Part shown: one piece after another, positions 16,000-25,141 of the stretch
How the letters are laid out: every line of letters begins with the position of its first letter
How positions within the stretch are numbered: position 1 is the first letter of the stretch
Program-made: the position numbers and the translations under genes
The notes under the pieces: model-generated
What the model saw: only the letters and a program-made list of their open reading frames with translations
Databases searched by the model: none
What the model was told of the DNA's origin: nothing
Source: an uncultured Bacilli bacterium
GTDB lineage: Bacteria; Bacillota_I; Bacilli_A; RF39; UBA660
Length of the DNA: 30,349 bases
Assembly: GCA_947625315.1 (NCBI GenBank)
Contig: CANQOE010000001.1
Coordinates: 1 to 30,349 of the forward strand
Direction: 5' to 3'

Positions 16000-16526
16000 T
16001 TTAAACTGTATAATTTATGTAAATAATCATAAAATAAAGGATTTTTTAAAGGTCTATAAGTAAAAATAGCATTACTTATAAAGCAAATACTAAAAATAAG
16101 TAAACCTAAACGTTCTAAATCAACATCATATTTAGTTTTTAATAAATGATAAGAAAGTACTTCACTTAAAGAAATACTAATAAAATAAATAATTAAAACT
16201 AAAATTAGATTATCTTTGGTATGAAGGATATATAAATAGATAGGGGTAAAAATAATTATGACTAAAAAACAACATAAAACTCCCGAAAGAGCATTAGCAA
16301 ATAAAACGTTTTTGGTATTCTTATAGTATATTTTTTCTAAAATAGCCATCACGAAAAAAGATAAGATAATAATTTTATTATGTTCCCAAATACTTTCATT
16401 GACGGGAAAAAATAAAGAAGTAAAAAAGCAGGGAAATAAGTCATAAATAAAATGAAAAAGAACACTTAAACCAAAAATTAAAAAAATACTTAATATTTTA
16501 AACTTTTTTAAAGTCAAAGTTATCAC
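15996..16526 (-). CDS. Polytopic membrane protein, DUF6512-like
   Basis: About five TM segments; VLFHFIYD and FPVNESIWEH motifs. Confidence 0.7.
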   Translation of the reverse strand: MITLTLKKFKILSIFLIFGLSVLFHFIYDLFPCFFTSLFFPVNESIWEHNKIIILSFFVMAILEKIYYKNTKNVLFANALSGVLCCFLVIIIFTPIYLYILHTKDNLILVLIIYFISISLSEVLSYHLLKTKYDVDLERLGLLIFSICFISNAIFTYRPLKNPLFYDYLHKLYSLK

Positions 16527-16608
16527 CTAGTAATATTATAAGTTTAATTTAATTTAATATTCAAAATAGTTTTTAAATATGTTATAATGGTTTTGGAGGG
16601 ATAAGTTT

Positions 16609-16986
16609 ATGGAAGTTGTAAATGGATTAAAAAATCATGTTTTAGGACGTTTTAATCAAATATTAGACAATTTAGCGCAAGCTAATTTAGAAGATGTTGA
16701 TAATCTTTTAAAATATTTTAATGGGGCACCAGTTTTAATCGATGGAGTTATTCATCATCCTTATAATGACCCTTTAATGGCCGCCCAATTAAATGCCAGA
16801 TATTTAGAATTAACAGGCCAAAATCATCCGACTTATTTAAGAGAATTGCCCATTGTTGCAAATAGGTTATTAAATGATGAAGAAAAATTGTTAAAAGCGG
16901 GAGCTTATTTGCCATCTTATTTTGAGGCTGTTGCATCTTTAAAACAAGATGTTGAAGATTTAACAAATACTTCTAGCAGACATTAA
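16609..16986 (+). CDS. Hypothetical protein
   Basis: 125-aa ORF with GGAGGG SD and TG-TATAAT at 16583-16588. Confidence 0.7.
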   Translation: MEVVNGLKNHVLGRFNQILDNLAQANLEDVDNLLKYFNGAPVLIDGVIHHPYNDPLMAAQLNARYLELTGQNHPTYLRELPIVANRLLNDEEKLLKAGAYLPSYFEAVASLKQDVEDLTNTSSRH

Positions 16987-16987
16987 A

Positions 16988-17018
16988 AAATAGTTTTGAA
17001 AATATTTCAAGACTATTT
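16988..17018. terminator. Bidirectional terminator shared by ORF 16609 and rpmB
   Basis: AAATAGTTTTGAA...TTCAAGACTATTT inverted repeat between convergent stops. Confidence 0.65.
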
Positions 17019-17178
17019 ATTTTTCCATAGTACGAGCTTCTCTAGCACTTATTTTAACTTTAACACCATTAATTGTCTTTACTTGAACATTGGGTTTTTG
17101 TTTCATTTTAGTTGCATTTAAAGCATGGCTTCTTCTATTGCCAGTTAAAGGTTTTTTTGTTGTTACTTTTTTGGCCAT
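17017..17178 (-). CDS. rpmB: 50S ribosomal protein L28 (absent from the ORF track)
   Basis: Manual translation MAKKVTTKKPLTGNRRSHALNATKMKQKPNVQVKTINGVKVKISAREARTMEK; AAAGGAGG SD; L28 motifs GNRRSHALNATK and PNVQ. Confidence 0.93.
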   Translation of the reverse strand: MAKKVTTKKPLTGNRRSHALNATKMKQKPNVQVKTINGVKVKISAREARTMEK

Positions 17179-17209
17179 TAGTTAACCCTCCTTTGGTTCA
17201 TCGATATAA

Positions 17210-17238
17210 ACTTTACCATAAAATGTATTAAAAGTCAA
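17210..17238 (-). promoter_or_regulatory. sigma-A promoter of rpmB
   Basis: TTGACT-17 nt-TAAAGT with TG extension. Confidence 0.65.
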
Positions 17239-17268
17239 TTTATTTATGCGCAATTTTAATAATATTTA

Positions 17269-17297
17269 GTCTAAATATTTAATTTAATGCGTATTAT
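17269..17297 (+). promoter_or_regulatory. Candidate sigma-E promoter for the spoVID-ysxE-like operon
   Basis: GTCTAAA-14 nt-CGTATTAT; 14-nt spacing and a CATAnnnT-like -10. Confidence 0.4.
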
Positions 17298-17319
17298 TAG
17301 TTAGGGAGAGTGAAAATAA

Positions 17320-17994
17320 ATGAACTGTAAAATACCATTTACAAAAGATATTGAATTTGAACACAAATTACAAGAAATTACTTCTATTAGTTTAGAGCAT
17401 GATTACAAGGTTGAAGATGGAGAGTTAAAAGGAAATTTTATTGTCGCGGGGGATTTTAAAAGTCATGAAGTAAGCATTAATAAAGAACCATTTTCTTATA
17501 TATTGCCTTTTGAAATTGAATTAAATAATAATATTGATACTGATACTTTAGAGTTTATGATTGAAGATTTTACTTATGAAGTAATTGAAAATAAAATTTT
17601 AAGAGTCAATATCGATTTTCGAGTAATTGCAAGTGAAAAAGAAGTTAAAGAAGAAGAAAAGAAAATAGAATTTCAAGATATTGATACCGCTTTTTTAGAT
17701 ACGAAAGAAGATAGAGAAACAACAGAAGAAACTCTAGAAACACCTGAAGAAACAAAGGAAGAAAATAAAGAAGAAGATAATCGTAACTTCCAAAATGTTG
17801 AAGATACCATCATTAATAATGTTAAAGATGGGGATAGTTATGCAACCTACCATATTCATATGGTCAATAAAGGAGAAAGTGTTGAAACTATTTGTAGTAT
17901 GTATAATACTAATATGGCTTTTTTAAGCGAATATAATGATTTAAACAATTTAAATGAAGGAGATAAATTAATTATTCCAGAAACTGATGAATAA
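17320..17994 (+). CDS. SpoVID-like spore coat morphogenetic protein (N-terminal SPOCS-like domain, acidic linker, C-terminal LysM)
   Basis: LQEITSISLE/LKGNFIVAG N-terminus, Glu-rich linker, LysM HMVNKGESVETIC...LIIP; coupled to a ysxE-like gene. Confidence 0.75.
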   Translation: MNCKIPFTKDIEFEHKLQEITSISLEHDYKVEDGELKGNFIVAGDFKSHEVSINKEPFSYILPFEIELNNNIDTDTLEFMIEDFTYEVIENKILRVNIDFRVIASEKEVKEEEKKIEFQDIDTAFLDTKEDRETTEETLETPEETKEENKEEDNRNFQNVEDTIINNVKDGDSYATYHIHMVNKGESVETICSMYNTNMAFLSEYNDLNNLNEGDKLIIPETDE

Positions 17995-18886
17995 TCTAGA
18001 AGCTATTAGAGATAAATATAAACCATATCGTTTAACTAAAAAGAAAAATATTACCATTTTAGAATCAACAAGTGGCACTTATGTAGTTAAAGAAAAAAAT
18101 AATGATAATATTAAAAAAGCTTATAATTATTTAATAAGTCGTAATTTTGATTATTTTCCCGAATTAAAAGAAGCTAATCGAAGTGATTATAATATTTTTG
18201 AATATATTGATGGAGTAAGTATGCCTAGAGAACAAAAAGCTATTGATATGATTGATTTAGTAGCATTACTCCATAATAAAACAACTTACTTTAAAGAAAT
18301 AACTGAAGATAAATATAAAGAAATATATGAAAATTTAGAAAATAATATCAATTATGAACTAAATTATTATGATAATATGTATAATATGTTAATTGAAGAA
18401 GTTTATCCTTCACCTAGTCATTATTTGATGTTACGTAATATATATAAAATATTTGAAGCTTTAGATTATTGTAAAAATGAATTAGATGAATGGTATGCTA
18501 AAATTAAAGAAGATTTAAAAATCAGAGTATCTTTTATTCATAATAATTTAGAATTAGACCACTTTATTAAAAATAATAAACCTTATTTAGTTAGTTGGGA
18601 AAAATCTAAAATAGATACACCTATTTTAGATTTACTCACTTTTTATCAAAAAGAATATATGAATCTTAATTTCGAAGTTATTTTAAAAAGATATATGCAC
18701 AATTATCCTTTAAGTAATGAAGAATTAAAATTATTTTTTATTGTTATTAGTATTCCACCCATAATAAATTTAGAAGGAGAAGAAAGACATGTTACTCAAG
18801 AAGCTAGAAAAAGATTAGATTATATATTTAAAACCGAAAATTTAGTTAAAGCTTTGACTAATGATGAGGGTACTTTGGATAAATAA
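17987..18886 (+). CDS. YsxE/CotS-like spore coat pseudokinase (phosphotransferase fold)
   Basis: LVALLHNKT, FIHNNLELDH, SWEKSKIDTPILDL; spoVID-ysxE synteny. Confidence 0.7.
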   Translation: MNNLEAIRDKYKPYRLTKKKNITILESTSGTYVVKEKNNDNIKKAYNYLISRNFDYFPELKEANRSDYNIFEYIDGVSMPREQKAIDMIDLVALLHNKTTYFKEITEDKYKEIYENLENNINYELNYYDNMYNMLIEEVYPSPSHYLMLRNIYKIFEALDYCKNELDEWYAKIKEDLKIRVSFIHNNLELDHFIKNNKPYLVSWEKSKIDTPILDLLTFYQKEYMNLNFEVILKRYMHNYPLSNEELKLFFIVISIPPIINLEGEERHVTQEARKRLDYIFKTENLVKALTNDEGTLDK

Positions 18887-19055
18887 TCCGAAATAATAAA
18901 TAGAATAAAAGAAATGTTTCAATAAGTAAAAGAAAAATATTAAATCTTAAGGGAAGAATTAAAGTTATTATTATTTGATAAAAGATTAAGATAGATAAAG
19001 CAAATATAGCTAAAATTGTAAATAACCCGCCTCCACCTAAATGATTAGGATTCAT
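18858..19055 (-). CDS. Small membrane protein (65 aa, two hydrophobic helices)
   Basis: AGGTGA SD 5 nt before ATG 19055; MNPNHLGGGGLFTILAIF...; 3' end overlaps the ysxE-like 3' end by 29 nt. Confidence 0.55.
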   Translation of the reverse strand: MNPNHLGGGGLFTILAIFALSILIFYQIIITLILPLRFNIFLLLIETFLLFYLLFRIIYPKYPHH

Positions 19056-19121
19056 TTTAATCACCTATAAATAGTTTATGTCAAATATAATGAAAGATTT
19101 AGTTATAAGCCCACTATTTTA

Positions 19122-19150
19122 AGTAGAAATAAAAATATTTCTGCTTTTTT
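19122..19150 (+). terminator. Plus-strand terminator upstream of the fmt promoter
   Basis: AGTAGAAATA-AAAA-TATTTCTGCT followed by a T-run. Confidence 0.65.
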
Positions 19151-19206
19151 ATGCACAAAATTAAATATTTATGATATAATGAGGTTGGATTTAGAAAGGC
19201 TATATT

Positions 19207-20148
19207 ATGAAGAAAAAAGTTATATTTATGGGAACTCCGGAATTTGCAGTACCTATTTTAAAAACGTTAATTAAAATTAAAGATATCGAAGTTGTAATGG
19301 TCATTAGTCGAACGGATGCTTATGTGGGTCGCAAAAAAGAATTAAAAATGACCCCCGTAAAAGAAGAAGCTTTAAAAAATAAGATAGAAGTAAATACCCC
19401 AATTAAAATTGGTGATATATATACCAATATTAAAAATAAAGAACCCGATTTAATTGTAACTTGTGCTTATGGCCAAATTGTTCCTAAAAGTATTTTAGAT
19501 ATTCCTAAATTAGGCTGTATTAATGTTCATGCATCCTTACTTCCAAAGTATCGAGGAGGAGCCCCAATTCATCGAGCAATTATGAATGGGGATGCTATAA
19601 CGGGAGTAACAATTATGTATATGGATGAAGGCATGGATAGTGGTGATATCATAAAAGAAGCTAAGATAGACATTTTACCCGAAGATAATGTCGAAACAAT
19701 GCATGCTAAATTAAGTAAATTAGGAGCGCAAACTTTAGAAGAAGTTCTACCTTCTATCTTAGATGGGACTAATGAACGTGTTAAACAAAATGTTGAAGAA
19801 GTAACTTTTGCCAAAATAATTAAAAGAGAAGATGAACATTTAGATTTTCAGAAAAAAGCTTTAGATATTCATAATCAAGTGCGAGGTTTAAACTCTTGGC
19901 CTTTAGCTAATACTTTAATAAATAAAGAAGAATTTAAAGTTTTAGAAGGTTTTATTGGCGAAGATAAACCGCAAGATAAAGAAGCTGGAGTAATTTGTAA
20001 AATAACTAAAGAAGCTATAGGTATTACTTGTTTAGATAAAATATATTATATAACCAAAATAAAACCATTTGGCAAAAAGGTTATGTTAGTTAAAGATTAT
20101 TTAAATGGAGTTAATAAAGATAAATTAATGGGTGCGAAAGTAGAGTGA
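19207..20148 (+). CDS. fmt: Methionyl-tRNA formyltransferase
   Basis: IFMGTPEFAV, CAYGQI, INVHASLLPKYRGGAPI, MDEGMDSGD. Confidence 0.97.
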   Translation: MKKKVIFMGTPEFAVPILKTLIKIKDIEVVMVISRTDAYVGRKKELKMTPVKEEALKNKIEVNTPIKIGDIYTNIKNKEPDLIVTCAYGQIVPKSILDIPKLGCINVHASLLPKYRGGAPIHRAIMNGDAITGVTIMYMDEGMDSGDIIKEAKIDILPEDNVETMHAKLSKLGAQTLEEVLPSILDGTNERVKQNVEEVTFAKIIKREDEHLDFQKKALDIHNQVRGLNSWPLANTLINKEEFKVLEGFIGEDKPQDKEAGVICKITKEAIGITCLDKIYYITKIKPFGKKVMLVKDYLNGVNKDKLMGAKVE

Positions 20149-20774
20149 TTAATTTGTTAAAAGAAAAAATAAAAGAGTTAAAACAAACTAGTAAAGGAAA
20201 AGCTATTTTAAAATTAATAGGTTGGGGAATTTTCTTTTTATTAATTATTATTTTTATTTTAATATCGATGCTGATTACTTCTTTAAACGACAATAATATA
20301 AATAATATTGATAAAGGTAATCCAACTCCTGAAGAAGAAAAAATAAATGTTGAAGATATCCTAAGTGATTTAGTAAATAAAGATTTTACTTATACTTATG
20401 AAGTAAACACCGAAGCTGAAAAATATCTTTTTAAGGGTGAGAAAAAAGGCGATACCAATACGGGCTTTAAAGTAAGTAGTTTAAAAACAATTAATTATTA
20501 TATTGATAATACCGGAATATATGAACAAACTACCGACAATAAAACATTAATTGAAGATTTTTATGCTAATTTAGAAGAACAATATTTAAAAGAAGATAGT
20601 TTAAAAGAATTATTAACTAGTTTAGAATATATAAGAGAAGATAATCTAAATACTATTAATTTAAGTTATCAAAATGAAGAATTAAAGATAACAGTTATTA
20701 TTGAAAATAAATTAATAAAAACTATAAATATCGAAAAAAATGATACAGTTTATAATTTAGAATATAATTTCTAG
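20145..20774 (+). CDS. Hypothetical membrane-anchored protein
   Basis: GTG start overlapping the fmt stop; one TM near the N-terminus. Confidence 0.7.
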   Translation: MINLLKEKIKELKQTSKGKAILKLIGWGIFFLLIIIFILISMLITSLNDNNINNIDKGNPTPEEEKINVEDILSDLVNKDFTYTYEVNTEAEKYLFKGEKKGDTNTGFKVSSLKTINYYIDNTGIYEQTTDNKTLIEDFYANLEEQYLKEDSLKELLTSLEYIREDNLNTINLSYQNEELKITVIIENKLIKTINIEKNDTVYNLEYNF

Positions 20775-20783
20775 GAGGAAAAA

Positions 20784-21803
20784 ATGGATAGTTTATTTAA
20801 TAGAGAACGCAGCGAATTAGAAGAATATTTTTTAAGTATTGGAGAGAAAAAATTTAAAGCTATCCAAGTTTTTGAATGGTTATATGAAAAGAAAGTTTGG
20901 AATATTCAAGAATTTTCTAATATTAAAAAAGAAGTTAGAGATAGATTAGAAAAAGACTTTACAACTACTTTAATTAAATGTGTTAAAAGACAAGTTGATA
21001 AAGATGTTAAAAAGTATTTATTTGAATTACAAGATAAAAATTATATTGAAGCCGTTTTAATGTATCACGATTATGGGATAAGTGTTTGTGTTTCTAGTGA
21101 AGTTGGTTGTAATATGGCTTGTAAGTTTTGTGAAAGTGGTCGGCAAAAAAAAGTACGCAATTTAGAGGCTAATGAAATTGTAGAACAAATACTCGTAATT
21201 GAGGAAATGGAAAATGTTCGCATTAGTAGTGTCGTTATTATGGGTATTGGTGAACCTTTAGATAATTATGATAATATCAGAAGATTTATTCGGATTATTA
21301 ATGATGCTAAAGGTTTAAAAATTGGGGCAAGACATATAACTCTTTCAACTTGTGGGTTAGTTCCTAAGATTAAAGAATTAGCTCAAGAACAATTACAAAT
21401 CAATTTGGCAATAAGTTTACACGCGCCAACTGATGAATTACGAAATAAACTTATGCCTGTAAACAAAGTGTATAATATTGACACTTTAATGGGGGCAATT
21501 AAAGAATATTTGCAACTTACTTCTAGACGAGTAACGATAGAATATGTTATGCTTAATAATGTAAATGATAGTATTGATTGTGCGAAAACTTTAGCGCATC
21601 TTTTAAAGGGGCTAAATGTTTATGTCAATTTAATTCCTTATAATGAAACAAATGCTAAAGAGTTTAAAAGAAGTAAAAAGGAAACTATTTTAAAATTTTA
21701 TGATACCTTAAAAAAAGAAGGTCTAAATGTTATAATTAGAAGAGAATTTGGAAGCAAAATCGATGGAGCCTGTGGGCAATTAAGAGGAAGTGAAAGAATT
21801 TGA
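20784..21803 (+). CDS. rlmN: 23S rRNA m2A2503 / tRNA A37 methyltransferase RlmN
   Basis: CNMACKFC radical-SAM motif, MGIGEP, ISLHAP, NLIPYN, GACGQL. Confidence 0.96.
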   Translation: MDSLFNRERSELEEYFLSIGEKKFKAIQVFEWLYEKKVWNIQEFSNIKKEVRDRLEKDFTTTLIKCVKRQVDKDVKKYLFELQDKNYIEAVLMYHDYGISVCVSSEVGCNMACKFCESGRQKKVRNLEANEIVEQILVIEEMENVRISSVVIMGIGEPLDNYDNIRRFIRIINDAKGLKIGARHITLSTCGLVPKIKELAQEQLQINLAISLHAPTDELRNKLMPVNKVYNIDTLMGAIKEYLQLTSRRVTIEYVMLNNVNDSIDCAKTLAHLLKGLNVYVNLIPYNETNAKEFKRSKKETILKFYDTLKKEGLNVIIRREFGSKIDGACGQLRGSERI

Positions 21804-22546
21804 AGTCATTTTATTTAACGGATACAGGAAAAGTACGAAGTCATAATGAAGACTCCGTAACTATTTTAAAGAATGCTAATAACGAATATTTATTAATTGT
21901 CTGTGATGGTATGGGAGGACATCGTAAGGGCGAAGTTGCCTCATCGATGGCTATTGCTTATATGGGAAGTCGATTTAATAAATCTTCTTGTATTGGTTCG
22001 AAAATGGATGCTATAAACTGGTTAAAAGAAAGCGTTAATGAAATAAATCGCAATATATTAGAATATGCCCATAATAACCCTGATTCTACAGGAATGGGAA
22101 CTACTTTAGTCGTGGCTATATATACTAAAGATTATTTAATCTATGGTAATATTGGGGATTCTTCGGGTTATGTTGTAAAAAATAAAAAATTATATAAAAT
22201 TACCAAAGATCATACTTTAGTTAATTTATTAGTACAAGCGGGTAATTTAACCGAAGAAGAAGCTAAGTTCCATCCTAAAAAAAATGTGTTAATGCGCGCT
22301 TTAGGAGCTTCGGAAAATGCGGAGTTAGATGTTTTTGATGTCATTGATGAAAATATTGAAGCCTTATTCTTATGTAGTGATGGCTTAACTAATATGTTAA
22401 GTGATGAACAAATTGAAAAAGTGTTAAATGATGAAGAATTAGAAATAGAAGAAAAAGTTAGTAAATTAATTCGAAAATGTAATGCACGTGGGGGGACAGA
22501 TAATATTTCGGTAGCTTATCTAGTAATAGAGAGGAGTAAAAACTAA
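21800..22546 (+). CDS. prpC: PP2C Ser/Thr phosphatase (PrpC/Stp1)
   Basis: TDTGKVRSHNED, VCDGMGGH, GMGTT, NIGDS, LCSDGLT, GGTDNIS. Confidence 0.93.
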   Translation: MKSFYLTDTGKVRSHNEDSVTILKNANNEYLLIVCDGMGGHRKGEVASSMAIAYMGSRFNKSSCIGSKMDAINWLKESVNEINRNILEYAHNNPDSTGMGTTLVVAIYTKDYLIYGNIGDSSGYVVKNKKLYKITKDHTLVNLLVQAGNLTEEEAKFHPKKNVLMRALGASENAELDVFDVIDENIEALFLCSDGLTNMLSDEQIEKVLNDEELEIEEKVSKLIRKCNARGGTDNISVAYLVIERSKN

Positions 22547-24312
22547 TGATAATGAAAGGGCAAAAGATTAGTGACCGTTACCAAATAATTAAGTCAATTG
22601 GCGAAGGGGGAATGGCTAATGTTTATTTAGCTTATGATACTATTTTAAATAGAAATGTAGCCGTAAAAATATTAAGAGGTGATTTATCTAATGATGAAAA
22701 GTTTGTAAGACGTTTTCAAAGAGAAGCTTTAGCTTCTAGTAGTTTAAATCATCCTAATATTGTCGAAGTTTATGATGTTGGGGAAGATAATGGTAATTAT
22801 TATATTGTAATGGAATATATCGAAGGCAAACATTTAAAGAACTTATTAAAAAAACGCGGTAAATTAACTTTAAGTGAAGCAGTAGATATAATGATTCAAA
22901 TTGCCGATGGCATGAGTGTAGCTCATGATGCTTATATAATCCATCGCGATATTAAACCTCAAAATATTATGATTTTAGAAAATGGTTTAGTTAAAATTAC
23001 CGATTTTGGAATAGCTATGGCCATGAATGCTACTCAATTAACCCAAACTAATTCTGTAATGGGAAGTGTGCATTATTTACCACCAGAACAAGCTAATGGT
23101 CAAGGATCAACTTTACAAAGCGATATATATTCGATGGGAATTGTAATGTATGAGTTAATTACCGGCGAATTACCTTTTAAAGGCGATAATGCCGTAGAAA
23201 TTGCTTTAAAACATTTAAAAGAACCAGTACCCGATATTCGTAATATTGTTCCTAATGTACCCAATAGTGTGGTTAATATAATTAAACGAGCAACTGCCAA
23301 AAATCCCAAAAATAGATATCATGATGCGCGGGAAATGTATGAAGATTTAAAAACATGTTTAGATGATGCCCGTAGTCAAGAAGAAATAATAACTTATGAA
23401 TATAGTGAAAATGATACCGATGATACAAAATTAATGAAATTAGTTAAAAAAGAAAATAAAAATAAAGAAACCAAAAAAGAACCAAAAGAAGAAGTTGTAG
23501 CCAAAAAAGTAGAGATGGGAAGTGAAAAAGTGAAAAAGTCCAATAAAGTTGTGGTTATGTTAGCAGTTATATTTACCTTTTTAGTATTATTAATTACTTC
23601 ATTATTCTTAATTCTTTCTTTAATTCAAGGAAAGAAAGACGAATCAATAATAGTTCCTAATATTGAGGGAATGAGTTTACAAGAAGCTGTTAAAACTTTA
23701 CAAGATGAAGGTTTTAATATTGCCGAAGATTATGTTGAGGAAGCATCAACCACTGTAGAAGAAGGTAAAGCTATTGGAACTAAACCAGAAGTTGGGACCA
23801 AAAGAAGAAAAGGTACCGAAGTAACAATTAGAGTTTCTATCGGAGATGTTCAAGTAGAAATAGAAGATTATACAGGCCAAAATTATTATGAAATTAAAGG
23901 TAAATTAGAAGCTTTAGGTTTAATTGTTAGCTTAGAAGCAAAAGATACTAATCCGGATGAAGAACACGACCCATACGAAATAATTGGCCAATCAGTAGAA
24001 GCTGGAGAAAAATTATCTTTAGGGGAAACTATTATTTTGTATTATTCTAATAGTATTGTTTATCCCGATTTTACCGATGGTACTTATACAGTAGAAGATG
24101 TTAAAGAATTTGCCGAAAATTATAAATTACATTTAGATATTAAATATATGACATATACAGATAATAGTTATGAAGATGGCCAAATTGTTAAACAAAGTAG
24201 AGGTAAAGGTACACCAGTAAAAGATGGGGCATCATTTACAATTACGGTTGCCCAAAAAGATAATAGTGATGAAAATATTACCGATAAGTGTGAAGAGTTA
24301 GGTTTATGTTAA
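22546..24312 (+). CDS. prkC: PASTA-domain Ser/Thr kinase (PrkC/PknB)
   Basis: IGEGGMANVY, VAVKIL, HRDIKPQN, TDFGIA, GSVHYLPPEQ; one TM; PASTA repeats. Confidence 0.95.
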   Translation: MIMKGQKISDRYQIIKSIGEGGMANVYLAYDTILNRNVAVKILRGDLSNDEKFVRRFQREALASSSLNHPNIVEVYDVGEDNGNYYIVMEYIEGKHLKNLLKKRGKLTLSEAVDIMIQIADGMSVAHDAYIIHRDIKPQNIMILENGLVKITDFGIAMAMNATQLTQTNSVMGSVHYLPPEQANGQGSTLQSDIYSMGIVMYELITGELPFKGDNAVEIALKHLKEPVPDIRNIVPNVPNSVVNIIKRATAKNPKNRYHDAREMYEDLKTCLDDARSQEEIITYEYSENDTDDTKLMKLVKKENKNKETKKEPKEEVVAKKVEMGSEKVKKSNKVVVMLAVIFTFLVLLITSLFLILSLIQGKKDESIIVPNIEGMSLQEAVKTLQDEGFNIAEDYVEEASTTVEEGKAIGTKPEVGTKRRKGTEVTIRVSIGDVQVEIEDYTGQNYYEIKGKLEALGLIVSLEAKDTNPDEEHDPYEIIGQSVEAGEKLSLGETIILYYSNSIVYPDFTDGTYTVEDVKEFAENYKLHLDIKYMTYTDNSYEDGQIVKQSRGKGTPVKDGASFTITVAQKDNSDENITDKCEELGLC

Positions 24313-25139
24313 AAGGCAAGATTATTAAAAATATTAGTAATGATTATGTTGTTTTAGTTAATTCAACATTGATAAATTGCAAAGCTAGAGGAAAGTTTAG
24401 GATGGCTAATCTAACTCCTCTAGTAGGCGATTTAGTAGAAATAGATGAAAAAAATAATTATATCTTAAATATTTTAAAAAGAACTAATGAATTAAAAAGA
24501 CCAAATGTAGCTAATATCGATGTCGCTTTAATTATTACAAGTTTAAAGAAACCGGATTTAAGTTTAACTTTACTAGATAAACAAATAGTAAGTATTATGC
24601 TTGCTAAAATAGAACCAGTTATTTGTTTTACGAAATTAGATTTATTAACAAAAGAAGAATTAAAAGAATTTAAAAGTATTTATGATTATTATAATAAAAT
24701 TGGGATTAAAACTTTTGATAATGTTCATTTAAAAGATTTAATTAAATATTTAAGTCAAAAACAAGTTGTTTTAACTGGACAAACGGGAGCCGGTAAATCA
24801 AGTTTAATCAATAAATTAGATAGTTCTTTAAATTTAGAAGTTGGAGAGATAAGTGAAGCTTTAGGACGAGGCAAACATACAACAAGACATCGAGAATTTT
24901 ATAAAATAAAAGATTTTTATGTTTGTGATACTCCCGGGTTTAGTAGTTTGGATTTAAAAGAATATAAAAAGGAAGATATTAAAAAGTGTTTTAAAGAATT
25001 TAATGATTATAAATGTGAGTATCAAGATTGTAATCATTTAAAAGAAGATAATTGTGCTGTTAAACAAGCCGTAGAAAATGGTAAGATTAGAAATAGTCGT
25101 TATCAAAGTTATAAAGAGTTTATAAAAGAGGTGGATTAA
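24306..25139 (+). CDS. rsgA: Small ribosomal subunit biogenesis GTPase RsgA (CpgA)
   Basis: TKLDL, GQTGAGKSSL, GRGKHTT, DTPGF, Zn site CEYQDCNHLKEDNC. Confidence 0.95.
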   Translation: MLKGKIIKNISNDYVVLVNSTLINCKARGKFRMANLTPLVGDLVEIDEKNNYILNILKRTNELKRPNVANIDVALIITSLKKPDLSLTLLDKQIVSIMLAKIEPVICFTKLDLLTKEELKEFKSIYDYYNKIGIKTFDNVHLKDLIKYLSQKQVVLTGQTGAGKSSLINKLDSSLNLEVGEISEALGRGKHTTRHREFYKIKDFYVCDTPGFSSLDLKEYKKEDIKKCFKEFNDYKCEYQDCNHLKEDNCAVKQAVENGKIRNSRYQSYKEFIKEVD

Positions 25140-25141
25140 GT

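Noticed and set aside
16748-16966. Minus-strand 72-aa ORF
   Set aside because: Fully inside ORF 16609, which has the promoter, SD and terminator
19569-20293. Minus-strand ORFs 19569..19814 and 20111..20293
   Set aside because: Shadows of fmt and the downstream membrane gene
23100-23309. Minus-strand 69-aa ORF
   Set aside because: Shadow inside the prkC kinase domain
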